A DNA stretch of 64,000 nt from Paraphysomonas bandaiensis (lineage: Eukaryota > Protista > Chrysophyceae), in assembly GCA_965644295.1 (NCBI GenBank), contig CBFFRP010000423.1, positions 186,001 through 250,000 on the forward strand, read 5' to 3'. Positions 1-12,826 of this stretch are shown piece after piece. Within the stretch, counting starts at the first letter, position 1. Each line of letters starts with the position of its first letter. The notes below the pieces were generated by a model. That model saw nothing but the letters and a program-made list of their open reading frames with translations, searched no databases and was not told the origin of the DNA. The position numbers were made by a program, and so were the translations under genes.

Positions 1-2380
1 ACATATCTCCCGATGCGATGTCTGCGAATGAAGAATGGGTCCAATGGCCGCAGGAGTCAAAACGGTTCTATCGTTGTGTATGGGCTACGCCAGCGGAGGT
101 ACGGACAGATCAACATTGCTCTGATATGTGCTATGGAAAAGTGTAAAGTGCATCAAATACCATACACAATATGTTTTGTTGTGTACTATACGTGTATGAA
201 GTAATGCTATAGGAACTTAATTTCAGTCTATATTACGTGTGTTTGAAGATGTTCACTTAAATTCAGGTCATTCCGTGTATCTGCTCTAATCAACGCCGGA
301 CAACCTCCTCGCGGGATGTAGTGTCCGTATTCTGTGAAGGTGCAGACTGGACACCAGGATCCACAGTTTTAGGTGTTGATGTCAAAGGTGGAGAGGGTAT
401 GAGTCTTCCTCGAGCAGATGAGACCTTTTCTCTCCCTTTCTTTTTCGGTATCGACATTAGATCGGAAGAAGAAATGAAACTGGGGAAGTTTCCTAAGGTA
501 CTGAGACATTTATTTTTCTTTTGTGTAACATGTAATTGCTTTCTTGACTTTTTCGCTGCTGCCAACTTAGCCATACTAATAATGCATACAGGCGTTTGAG
601 TTTGATCCTAGCGCTCTCACTGACCCAGAGCGCTTGTCAACTTACTTGGTTACCCTGGAGCCGATGACTGAAATTGCTCATTTGTGCATTATCGGTATGT
701 TGTTTGGGGAATGTGTGTAAGATCTGTTTACTGTATTGGATGCTTGTTTTGTATTTATTACGCGAAATAAATATTTATTGATGGCTAAAACTTATTACTT
801 CTTATGTCATTTCTCTTGCAGGTGCTGGGGAGGAGTATATTCGCCGCGCAATGGCAACGAGCACACAGAGTGATGATCCTCTTTCAAACACAACATCGTC
901 AGAGGTGGATGCTGCTATAGCGGAGTACGTCACAGTACTAAACAACGTAGCCGTATTTTTCATGAAAAAAGGTTTCCAGCACGTCAGGTAAGAAATAAGA
1001 ATACCGAATACAGAAAGTAGTTTGTGGTGCACGTGCCGTTCTGTTAAATGTATGCTATATTTCTTCGTGTATGGATTTAAGTTTTGAGTAGTATTCTAGA
1101 CGGAGGGTTTTCAGCAGCTGCGCGCTACTTAATTCGCGGTGGATCTTCTTTCACTTTGGGAACGGCACTTGTGGATGTCGACGTTCCTTCTCTTGACCAA
1201 CTACTGGGATCTGGAACGTGCGAAAAACATCTTGGCGCACGGAAGGCTATCAAAACACAAGGTAGAATATATATATTTTTTCATGATTTGACTGGAATCG
1301 CATTGTGATATATGTTCGGATATCTCTTATGGTGTGCGCGGATGATGTAATAGGGGAAGAGTTTAGTAGAAGTCTATCGAGGGAAGAAGGGGGAACTGGT
1401 CTCACGGCCGCTGCGGGCCTGATGAACTATGCTGGCTCTTTCGTGGCAACTCTTGGCAAACAGGGTGTTGCCAGTCAGGCCTCGTCAGCATCTGCGGCCC
1501 AGTCGCGAGGTTCGGACGGTGAGTTGGGCACGAAGCAAGTATTTGAGGACCTGGGGAAGAAGTTTTCTATGTTTAGTACGTCTACTTTTGCTAATCTGAG
1601 GAAGGGTGTTGCTACTACCGCTACAACTGACTCAGCCACAGATGACACAGCAGATCCAGATGTGGATAAAAAGGCCCACGGGGGAGATACGTGGCGGTCA
1701 TCTGGTGGTGCGGCGGAAGATGGAAAAGGATACGGAAGTTCTTTGACGTTTGTGATCGATGAAGATGAGGAAGAGTTAGACGGAAGTGAGGGGGCGAACG
1801 AGGTTGAGAAGAAGGCCATTGTAGAATCTATTCCTGACACAGACCGGATATTCATATCAAAGACTGACGCAGAGCGTTCCCAGGCACTTGCAATGCACAA
1901 GTTATCTGGAGTGACTAAAGGGGATCATATCGTAATATCCCGTGAAGCACTTCCTGGGGCATTGCTGTTTCCTTGTATGAAGGAAAAGGAGGTCAGAGAC
2001 GATGATGGAGAGCTAATAATGGTGCCGGGGCCAGATGGAGAGACCTTACAACCGGTAACCGCAAGCGTTCACCGTTACCTGGTGATTACCAAGGAAAGGT
2101 TTATTGTTCTCGACTCGAATGGGAAGGGTGTAGGCTCCACAGCTACTGTCAAATCCAACCACCACCTTACCGAGCTACTGAAAATTACTTTCAAAAAGAG
2201 ACATCCAGATCTAGTTAGCCTATTTATATCTGATCCATCAGCTCCCAATGGAGAAAAGAAGCATGTTTATCGGGTTAATAAGAGGAAGGAGTTTGTGGCC
2301 ACATTGCAGGTATGTGTCGACATTATCTTCAACCAACGATGCTAACCACGTTGCAGAAAAATATGCTGTATTTCAAATAG
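1..2380 (+). CDS. TBC1D23: TBC1D23-like protein, 3' part (rhodanese-like domain plus C-terminal PH-like domain); multi-exon, 5' end outside the window
   Basis: Spliced exons read FFGIDIRSEEEMKLGKFPK..HLCIIG..NNVAVFFMKKGFQHVSILDGGF (rhodanese-like) and HRYLVITKERFIVL..LTELLKITFKKRHPDLVSL (compare TBC1D23 VVKITSKKKHPELIT). GT-AG introns; stop TAG at 2378-2380. Confidence 0.8.
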
Positions 2381-3299
2381 ATACTGAATAGCGACTATAG
2401 CACAGAAGCGCACTCACAACTTGAACCATCGTCGATATATAGTGGTTATCCAATGTTTGATACGAAATGCTACTATTACATTGTGATGAGCTTTTTAGTG
2501 CTTACCTAAATGTTATAAATAAGTAAATACGTTCACTATATTTTTCGGTGATAATAGCCGAATAGTCAATACAGTAGTCAAGAGTAGTGAAAGATAATGA
2601 TCGGAGTATTGTGCTGTTTAAGAATACCAAAATATTATACTTTTATACTTCATCCTGTATTATGTATTATCACAACATATCGTATACTTTCAATGTGTTT
2701 GCATTTAAATATGTGTCTTCTGAAGGCCCAGTGTAAATATACTATATTGGCGAGTGGTCTTCACGTCTTCACATCATTAGCAAAAATACAATGATATTTG
2801 ATAGTTTACTCTCTATGATGTCATTTCGGGTTGCAGTGGTATAATATTTTTCGTTATATTGCATACATAGTTCTACAATTAAGAAACGGTAGATGTGTAG
2901 GCAAAACACACGTATTAGTTCACGTGTTCATATAGTTTGAAACCAGTTATTCCTGCGACAGGTTACTCCACACATTACCCTTCTTTCGTTTCAGAACACC
3001 CTTTCCTACCGGTCACTCCCGGTATGCCAAATCTCTATATTGCATCCTATTCGTTACTATCATTTATTTTCTCAAGATCACTCGTGCAATGAGTTCTGGT
3101 ACCACTTTATCGCTCATGTCGCCAATTATTAGTCAAATGAACTATTAGTTAAATATAATATAATATATATTAATTAATCATAATATATATGGATATTATA
3201 ATCTTTCATCAATCTTCGACTATTAAAATAGTTTTCGCAATAAAATGACTTAGAGTTTGAAATTTCGGTTAGATTGTTGATGGGTGGACGTGCAGCAAG

Positions 3300-3729
3300 A
3301 AACTTTAAAATTAAAATATTTTTGCTCAATTAGGATGAAGAAGATGATGACAGTAAGAGTCTAGTTCAGAATGATGGCGCAGCGCAACGTTAGATTGATT
3401 GTAGCAGGCAAAGGAAGTCTTAATCAGTAAACTCGTCACAGCAGCATGAAGCACTTCCATGACACAACCAATAGGATTTAACGGTTGTTCAGTAGAGCTA
3501 AGATTGTTATGGCTGATATATGCGCAAGAGTATTGTTTGCGTTTTTACGCATGAACCGTCGCCTCTGGAATGAAATGACAGTTGAGGTAGCTATGTTGGC
3601 AGCTAATGTAGTTTAGTACTAAATAAGTGCAGTTAATTGCAATAATTGAAATTGAGACAGCAAGTAATAATTGCAATTATAATTGACTACAACCTGCGTC
3701 AATTGACTATTAATTGATGCGCATCCCTG
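3300..3729 (+). mobile_element. hAT DNA transposon relic, 3' end (transposase dimerization domain plus terminus)
   Basis: Degenerate translation TTNRI*RLFSRAKIVMAD..FLRMNRRLWNEMTV resembles the hAT C-terminal ERLFS..LFLR.N..LW motif. Ends in CCCTG (CAGGG terminus). Inverted homolog at 12281-12590. Confidence 0.7.
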
Positions 3730-4061
3730 ATATTTAATACTTATATTTTCATTAAGCCGAATATTTTCGGATTCTGTTCGTACTCCTTGTGCTTTGTTGT
3801 ATCACCATTTATTTTCTGTTGTAATGCGATGGAAATAATATTATTGCCTCTACTTTCCTGTTACTATGAACTATGAATCATTTCGTATTTAGTATGAACA
3901 CATTAATATACCACATATATATTGTGGTCAAGTTAAGAAAGTGTATTGTATCAACACCAAGACAGATAGCCAGAAATACAAAGACAACATTTACAAGCAA
4001 AACCATTTAATCACACATTATCAGGGTTCGGCACTAAACTACTAAACAATATTGTTATCGT

Positions 4062-6024
4062 CTACGAAAACACATCGCGACTCGTAGATCTCGAAATACT
4101 TCGTTGGTCTAGTACTGCAAATTCACCAAACGATTCTTGCATAGTCACAGAGGATGAGGCAGATATGTGTCCTTGGCTATTGGCGGCTGATTTAGAGTCG
4201 CTATCAGCAGAATCCGCCGTGACAGGTCTCTCATCATCTCCAGGTATTAGTGCTTTAATTAAAATATCCAAAAACTTTGCCTCATGCTCAGCGTCATGCA
4301 TCCAGTAAAAATGAGGAGCTTTGTCAAATACATGGGATGCAAAGTAACCCTCCGTCATATCTTGCCACTGGTTTAGTAAGCGCTCGCTCACTGATCTGTC
4401 ACTAGATCCACACAGAGCAAGCATATCGCACTCTAATTGGGCATGCATTTTACCCAGAGAGCGCAGCAATCGATACGTTTCCATAGCTTTGTAATCTGAA
4501 TCCATATAAATCATTAGTGTCGTATTAACATCGCTATAAAAATTACATCGCCACTTTTTTGTGTAATACTTAAAAGTGAGAGTGCAGTAATATATTTTGC
4601 ACTAACATCACCTACCTGCTCGAAATTGTTCAACGTACGTGCGCAGGATATCACGCCTACCCTGCAAGTGGGGTGGCACCATACCAAGAGTGATCATTCG
4701 GTTAATGAGCTCGATGTCGCTGTCCTTGTGATACTTTCGACTTTTCTCGTCTCTATTAAACTGGGACAATGCCTGAAAGATATACACTCTAAAGGCTAAT
4801 AACGAAAGTATAGAACTCAATAGTTCGGCAAAACACGCAGGATAGTATATAACACAAGATAATACTTTACCGAGGAGACCATCACACACAACTAATTTGC
4901 ATCAAGAGCACAACATGACCTGAGTAAAATATCAGTGTTACTGACCTGTGGCGGACGAGCAGCAGATACTATCAGCCTATGAAGCGGAACTCGAATGGTA
5001 GTAGATCTCTCCAGCTCACGAGCAAGTTCGAACCCAATTATGGCACCTAGGTTATGTCCAAATATGGAAAATGGGGGACCAACAGGTGGACGAAGGTCCA
5101 CTAAAGACATAGACATAGTGTTGGTGGTGGCAGTTTCACCACCCAAGCTTTCATCTCCTCTAGAGTTACTCCCGATGCCGTGATGAGCTAATGTCGCCAG
5201 GACTAGGTCAAGGTACTCGCTCACTGAGTGATAAAATGGTTCGTCTACTCGATAGAGGCGACCTATACAAATACACTCAGCAATAAGCAAAAGACCGCCT
5301 ACATATATATATGTATACCTGGAAACACGAACGAAATTAATTCCACTTCGTGTTCCGTAAAGAAATCAACATAATCCTGCATCACAAGACCATTGTCATT
5401 GAAACCCATCAAGAACACAAGAGTCGCCCTGAATATTCAAAACTTTAGTAAACATTAACGAATGCAATATATATACATCACTTACTGAGGACATTTTGGT
5501 GAATTTAATCGCAAAAGACTCTTATCTAACAGAGATGAATCAAACTCTCTAATTTTACGTTCACCAGATAAAAAACTATCCGTATCACGTGCAGGAGATT
5601 GTGGTTTAGATGCCATTTTTTCAGTTTCATGTGCTAATGTAGCTAAAAAACTAGTATATGAACTTTGTGTATTTGGTCTTGAATTTTGTTTGGAATCAGC
5701 TCGTGTATCTGCTTTCATATCTGATCGTGTGTTTGGTCTTGTATCTGATCGTATATCTGATCGTGTATCTGACCGTCCGTCTGATAGTGTATCTACTGTA
5801 CTGTTCATAGATATCATATGAGATAACCGTCTATCTATATCACTTGATTTTCTATGTTTTGATGATGATCTTCTAGCTGTATCTATACAATATGAGGTCG
5901 ATTCATCATCACTTGTATCTGGTTCAGGTGGTGATTGATATAACTTTAATTGCATGGTATGATACCATTCACGACGTTCTGTCGCATAAGAATCAAGTGA
6001 TGGTGCACCACGACGATGTGACAT
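4062..6024 (-). CDS. Type II thioesterase (GrsT/RifR/OLAH-like alpha/beta hydrolase) with a long disordered N-terminus; nucleophile Ser replaced by Asn; multi-exon
   Basis: Motifs PFSIFGHNLGAIIGFELAREL, LIVSAARPP, SDYKAMETY, LCGSSDRSV..W and VFDKAPHFY match the TEII family; GT-AG introns join the ORF pieces. Confidence 0.75.
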
Positions 6025-6386
6025 AATATAATAATAGTGTTTGATTGATTTGTTATGAGTGTTATGGTATGTATATATGTATATATATATGGATGTGTAT
6101 ATATATGTATGTAGATGTCAAGTAGTGAGAGAGTGCACGAAGTGCGTAGTAAATGAATATATACATACATATACTCTATATTCACTTCGTTTCACTATAG
6201 TTTATGTAATCTACCAATAAAATATATTTAAAGGCGGTAAGAGTTATATGATTGGATATCTGAAGATGAAGAGTTGTGTATGTGCAAAAGTGCAGAGCAG
6301 CAGTATATGTATGTAGGAATATACACCAGCATATGTATACCCCGTATACTGTATATATAGTATGTACAATTGTATACATATCCGGA

Positions 6387-6525
6387 TATCGTATGCATCT
6401 TATCGGAAATAAATTGAAGCAAATATTTTCTATATTACTGCAATACAACTACGGCTGAAATACAGCTAATTGTTGTCTCAATATTAGAGGCATCTTGGTA
6501 CAAAAATATACACAGGATGCTGATA
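6387..6525 (+). repeat. ~147-bp promoter-proximal dispersed element, copy 1
   Basis: Shares TCGGAAATAAATTGAAGCAAA..AACTACGGCTG..CTCAATATTAGAGGCATC..AAAATATACA..GATGC with four other copies; lies between divergent starts at 6024 and 6671. Confidence 0.9.
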
Positions 6526-6670
6526 CGGTATATGCACAGTGTGTCTATGTATATGTCCTGTATATGTACATTGTGGTAGGCATATATATATGTAGCGTTG
6601 TATGCATATATATATACAGAGTTGTGGATATGCATTTACATGCTATATACACTACATCAAATCATAAAAC

Positions 6671-8333
6671 ATGGAAGAATTATTAGATGTTGTAATATGT
6701 GATCCATTAGAATTTGATGGAAGATATTTTAATTGTTGGCTTAATGGTATTAAACCAGAAGATGCTGTATCAACAATTATACGTGATATCTATCATTCAA
6801 ATGACAAGAATGGATATGATCTGACATCATGCTATCAATCTGGTGTATTTGAACTTCTTAAATTAGAAATTATGGATTATTATAGAAGTTATGAAATATT
6901 AGATCATTATATATGTCGTCCATCATTATTATCTAGTCAAATGATTATACAAATACCAGATACAACTATAAGATGGATTATAGAAAAATATTATTGTTTA
7001 GATGATCGTGCTGTACGAGAAATGCTTGGAAAAAGATTTTCAAAAAATCGTAAAGATTTAGATGAAATTGCTGAGAGTTTTCATTTACCCATAGCGTCAG
7101 TAACACGACAATATGAAAACATAAAGCGTATATACTCTGCGATAGAAGAGTCAAGACAATTCCAGTGCAATATTCTAAACTTTGTTGAAACCCATTTTGC
7201 GCTACCTCTTCCTTTGGCTAGAAAGTATACATGTGTGCTCTTTTTAATGGCATGTAGATTCTCTGCCACATCAAAGAAGCGCTTTCAGACTATATCCTGT
7301 CTCCAACTTGAGTGTTGTGCGGCTGTCACCATGGCTTGCCTGATTCCTGAGGTTTCAGCATTTTTGTTACATTGGACTGGACCAACAAGCACCGAAGATA
7401 TGGATCCAGGAGATTCGATAGGAGTGAACGGTCATTCTGAGTGGGCTGCAGCGGCTCCAGAGAGTAGTGGTGCAACTTCTTCGTCTCCATGGCCGGGGAT
7501 ATGGCGACTTGTGGGAGAGGTATTAATACCAAAACACAAAGATGAGAACATGTAGTGACATGTACATTTAGGTGGATGCAATTGAACCTGACAAACAGGT
7601 GCGTGGAAGAGGTGTTGTTAAAATGTAGTGACGTTTTGCATGCTCTGCACCTCTGTATGATATTATCCTGTTCATGTCAATATACATGATACATATGGGC
7701 ATGATATGTAATATATTCTACAAGTTTCTAAATATTTATGTATTCGAAACATACAGCTGTTAGGGGTTTTACGAGAGGTCATGTCCTTGGTTAAAGGTGA
7801 GGTCCTCGAACGGGCAGTGCAGTCTGTTCGAAAAGGACTACATAGTTCGCAGAAAAGGTCTGCAATCGTGAGTAAAATGGGGTCCAATGGAAGGTAAGCA
7901 CTTCTAGCTTGTACCATGCATTGATAACGTTGGTTATAGAATAAAAGTGGTTTTGAAGACTTTGGTGAGTATTGGCGGTCACCTTTCGCAGTCGAGGGAA
8001 TATAGGGATCTGTTCGAAGACATTGCCCATAAGGTATGTTTTTAAGACGTCTGATCTGCACTGAGAAAATATAATGTTCAGATTGGAGAGCCGTTGGAGG
8101 AAGCCCGATTAACTCGTGAAGAATCGAATGTGTTTTTGATACATTGCAGTACCATTATAACTGGGACCAAGGACCTAATCATGAGAAGGTTAGGCGCTGG
8201 TCGTGAGAGCACCGGCAGTGGTGGTGGTTCGGCTTTCAGTAGAGCTACAACAGAACGAAAGATCTCAGTGATGGATAATGAATGGCTACGATTTGTCACG
8301 TGCTGTAGATTTTGCCTTTGGAACTTGTATTAG
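6671..8333 (+). CDS. FIBP: Acidic FGF intracellular binding protein homolog; multi-exon
   Basis: WLNG..MDYYRSYEILDHY..IEKYYCLDDRAVREMLGKRFSKNRKDLDEIAE..TRQYENIKRIY parallels FIBP ([43 protein letters not shown]). Confidence 0.85.
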
Positions 8334-9501
8334 CACCCTGAAATGTGTACATCTTGTTGTAAAATAATTAAGCACATATATGGAGGTCATGCATAACAGT
8401 GTCTTCTTGAATTGTATGAAATTAAACATCGAGGTGACTTAAGAAATCATAAAACTGTTTGGAATTGTTTTCGTTTTGAAAATCGCGCTGTTGGCAAGCA
8501 ACGTTCTATGATATATTTTGAGAAAGAAGAAAAGTGATTGCAAAGAAATATGCATCGACGTTTTATTTAGTAATTCGAAACCTGAAAAAGCATATTCTGC
8601 TTTTAAACTTGGTAAACTATAGAGACTAGAGACAAACTCTGTGCACTTGAAGATCACCCTTTAACATTTAAGTCGTGCTCAAATTTCTATACGATAGAGC
8701 ATTATGACGTTTATTCATTCAGTAATCTTATGCCATTCTAAACGTGAACGATAAATGAATACTTTATCAAAAAAAAACTGAACAATCCGATGTCACACTT
8801 CCAAACGCCTCCGCCGCTAACGATACCTTTCGTGCAAAACAGTAATTTATTAACATATATCAACATTTTTAAATTATATTAGGATGTCAGAAAGCACACC
8901 AGCCATAAACTACTTGGGAATAGTGCATCAGAATGTTCAAAGCGGACGAGAGAGTTCAAGATACTAATCATGCTATAGACATGCTATGCCTTTTTAGACG
9001 GGGATATATATACCCATGATAATCCAGTTATAATTATGTTGGATAGGCACTTGCATGGCACTTATATATCCAGAAGAATGCAAACTCAACAGCAGTCAGT
9101 ATATGCATTTTCACAGTATTATTGAGACAAACAGGCCGATACACTCTCTTTTTGTTGTATTGATGATTGATGGTGGATGGAGTTTTTCCCTGTACTTTCC
9201 CATCCCTTTAATTTCTAATGTTTATCTTCCATTAAAAACAGGTATTTTGAGGGAAATTTGAAGGGATTTGGGAAATGGGATTGAAGAAATGGGATATTTT
9301 ATGAATATTTGGAGTATGTCAGTGAAGTAAATCAGGCGTATGTCTTGGTATGGTATAGAAATCTACGTAGAAATCAAGTGGTTAATTCCATCAGATCCCT
9401 TCTAGTTCTTCTATTAAAACAATCACAATAGAATAAGCATCATAACTTAATGAATTCATTTATAATAATCATAATTTTATTATAGATATATAAACATTAT
9501 C

Positions 9502-11714
9502 ATGAAATATTATTCACCCACAAAAATCAATCCATCATCTTCTATATCAACATCTATATTACTGAAACCACAATCCTCATCAACTCCTCATTCTACAGTG
9601 ATTATGGATGATATCATGAATATGGATATTAATTATTGGACTTTAACGTTTTATAATCATCATATACAACAAAAATATGAAAGATTTCTATTAAATAAAA
9701 CATCTATATATGGATTAGGGTGTCTACTGATGATACTCTTCATTCTATATAGTTACTTATTAATTGATACTGTGATTAGACAATCAACAATGTTTTATTC
9801 AGCAAGAATATTACGTTTATTATCAGTATTTTCTGGTATGATTGTATTAATGTTTTTATTGAAAATTATTTCTCTACGAAACATGTATATTACACCATTA
9901 TTAACTGGGAATGTGATGTTGATTTTACATACTATGGGATGTGCATTGGATTTATATATGAGAGCACGTGGTATGCGTAGCTGTGAAAATGATAACTCTA
10001 CTGATTGTAACCCCGAGGCAGAAACGCACAGACTTCCTCAAGACACTCTCATGGTATTGATTGTTAGCATCCTTGTTCTCCAAGTAATTGTTCGATGTCA
10101 TTCGTGGATGGTAGTATTGGCTAGTTGGGTAGTGTCAGAAGGCATTGTTATAGCTTGTATGTTTAAATTTGACTGTATCGCATCGGCTCCAGCCGCCTTC
10201 CTCGGTCTAGTTCTTCTGATTGTGTTGTATGATCATGAGAAACAGGCAATCACATCTTTTTCTTCTCGTCTACGGAGCGAGTTTAATTCAGCCACTACTC
10301 TTGAACAGGAGAGTGAGCGGAAAGCATTGGAGCTCCAAGCAATTGACTTACGACAGCTAATTGGGAATGTTGCACATGATCTAAAAACACCTATGCAAGC
10401 GTTTGCACTGGAGCTATCCAATTTGAAATCGAATCTCATCAACGTTCTCCGTGGTTCACAGGAGATGGATGACTCTATTCGGGAAGTTCTTAGGGACATA
10501 CAAGTATCTTCTGATACTCTAGAAGGAACAAATGAGTTTATGCTGATGACTGTTAGTCGTGCCATCGATTTCACGAAGACTAGTGCCGGTATATCTCTCA
10601 AACCTAACTGCGAGACTGTTCCCGTGGAGCAAACGGTACGGTGGGCTATTAACTGTGTGAACCGCATGCAGAGTACTGTCCCGATAGTGTTTCACCCTAT
10701 TCCCTCGAATATGTGTTCCCATATAATAACAGACAAGCTGTGGCTGATTGAAAATACTCTCTGCTTGGTTTCTAATGCCGTGAAATACTCTACAGAGGGG
10801 AGAGTTGATGTGACGTGCTCACTCGGGTGGGGAGAGAAGACACTAGATGTGGTTTCCCCAGAAGAGGCAGATGTTACGGTATGTGAGCGCTCAGCGATGG
10901 TACGTATTGAGGTACAGGACAGCGGGATAGGCGTCCCTATTGAGCAACGAGCGAGGTTGTTCAAGCCCTTTAAACAAGCTCAGCGGCTCACGGGTGGTAC
11001 CGGACTTGGATTGTATTCGCTATACAAAAGAGTTGAAGCAATTGGTGGTGCTTGCGGACTTTCTTCTCGTAGCGACCACTCCAGCGGAAGTGTATTTTGG
11101 TTCGAGTTCCCGTATGTGTCTGACGCAATGACAGCTAATGCTGACGGAGAAACGAGGCGCCTTGCTCGAGAGGATACTGCCCAACGATGGGTTGAGGACG
11201 GCGACTGTATGCTGGAGGTCGAGTCATACAGTGGATCATTTAAGGAGTCATCCCCTCCAGTTCCGAGGAAACCTGTTGTTCTTTTGGTCGAGGATTCTAT
11301 TCTTATACAGAAAACCACGACTAGGGCACTGGCCAAAGTCGGGTGTGAAGTAGAAGTTGTTGGAAATGGACAATATGGTCTCGAGGCTATGAAGAAGAAG
11401 CGATACGACTTTGTATTGATGGACCTTCAAAGTGAGTGTATGAGTATATATATATATGCGTTGTGTAATTCGTTTTGCCTGTAGTGCCTGTAATGGATGG
11501 CATTGAAGCGGTTAGACGTTTGCGTATGTACGAACGCGAGACTAACGTCTCATCGGAAGACGCCGCTTTGGTGTATGGCATATCCGCAAATTCCGACTCT
11601 GAAACCGAGACTAGTGCACTGATGGTGGGAATGGATGGGTTTCTTGCAAAGCCATTCTCCGTTGATGCTTTTCTCAAGGCATTCCATATGCATCGTAACA
11701 TGGCGACTGTGTGA
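9502..11714 (+). CDS. Membrane-bound hybrid histidine kinase (multi-TM, HisKA, HATPase, receiver)
   Basis: H-box VAHDLKTP, N-box SNAVKYS, G1 QDSGIG, F LFKPF, G2 GGTGLGL; receiver LLVED..LMDLQ/MPVMDG..GMDGFLAKPF, joined across a 53-nt intron at 11432-11484. Confidence 0.93.
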
Positions 11715-12280
11715 AAGTCTATATTTTTTCAGTCGACCGACTTTTTCTCTCGATATTGCTAAGTCGTATGCCAGATATCTCTGCGCAGTACAGAACAGTT
11801 GGTATACAAGTTCCTGTACATATTGAAAATAAGAGTTATGTATGTGATATTATGCAGCGGTACTGCTGTGCAGGTACCGTATCAATTAGTCCTACAGAGT
11901 AGGAGTTTAGCACAGCTGTTTCTTTTTATACAAAATTATATTCATGGACATCCTGGAGTGTATGTGTCCCTTCGAGTGTGCGTCGATTGTACTGTGTAGT
12001 GCAAACACGAATCCAATATCAATGCCATATTGTTATGCATGTGTACGAACCTTAGATGCTTTCTTGCTTCCGATATCGAAGTAGGTGTGCTGTTAGTATT
12101 GTAAATAAAAGAAGTTTTTTTATTAGTTACAAGAATATACTGGCCTTTAAAAGTCTGTGAATCAAGCGTTCCAAGTGTATCCGAATCAAGCACCAGTGGG
12201 ATATCGTAGCTAGCTTGAACCATGTGACGGAGGGCCGGTACAGATTGATACTAGTCTACTGAGTAGCTATACATTAGGTG

Positions 12281-12590
12281 CAGGGCTGCGCATCAATTAA
12301 TCGACGTAGGTTGTAGTCAATTATAATTGCAATTATTAATTGCTGTTTCAATTTCATTGCAATTGCAATTAATATAGATTAACTGTCATGTCCAGGGACC
12401 TCTAGGCAGGTATATCTAATGTCTAAGTGCTTTGAGAAAATCAGTGGTAACAATCTTAGCTGTACTCTGTATCGAGCTTGTTTGTGAAAAAGTGCTCGCT
12501 TCCGCTGCCTGTTATCATCAATCAAGCGCTTCGCTGCTTTGAGATCCTGAGTTGATCCTCACTGTGAAAAAATAGTTGTTAAATTTCTAA
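12281..12590 (-). mobile_element. hAT transposon relic, second copy of the 3300-3729 family
   Basis: Starts CAGGGCTGCGCATCAATTAAT; is the reverse complement of 3631-3729, and also matches the AKIV-coding segment. Confidence 0.7.
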
Positions 12591-12826
12591 TCGCGGGTAA
12601 CACCTTGTAGTTTCACGGCTGTTAAGAATAATAGCAACATCGTAGCTCAGATAAGGCTCGACAATCGGGTGCCTTGTTCTGATGAATTCGTCAAACAATG
12701 TACAAACACTTTGAAATTTTCTTGAATATTTTAATAATAAGAACCACTAAAAATAGTATATTATAATATTCATATTAATCAGGAGTGGAAGTAGTGGTGA
12801 GTCTCTTTTTATTAACAATAAGCGTG

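Noticed and set aside
6276-6458. Recurrent short ORFs containing GNKLKQI.SILL.YNYG (also near 32769, 43405, 46462) as a peptide family
   Set aside because: They are translations of the 147-bp element; copies 1 and 2 have stops in this frame and the starts are not shared.
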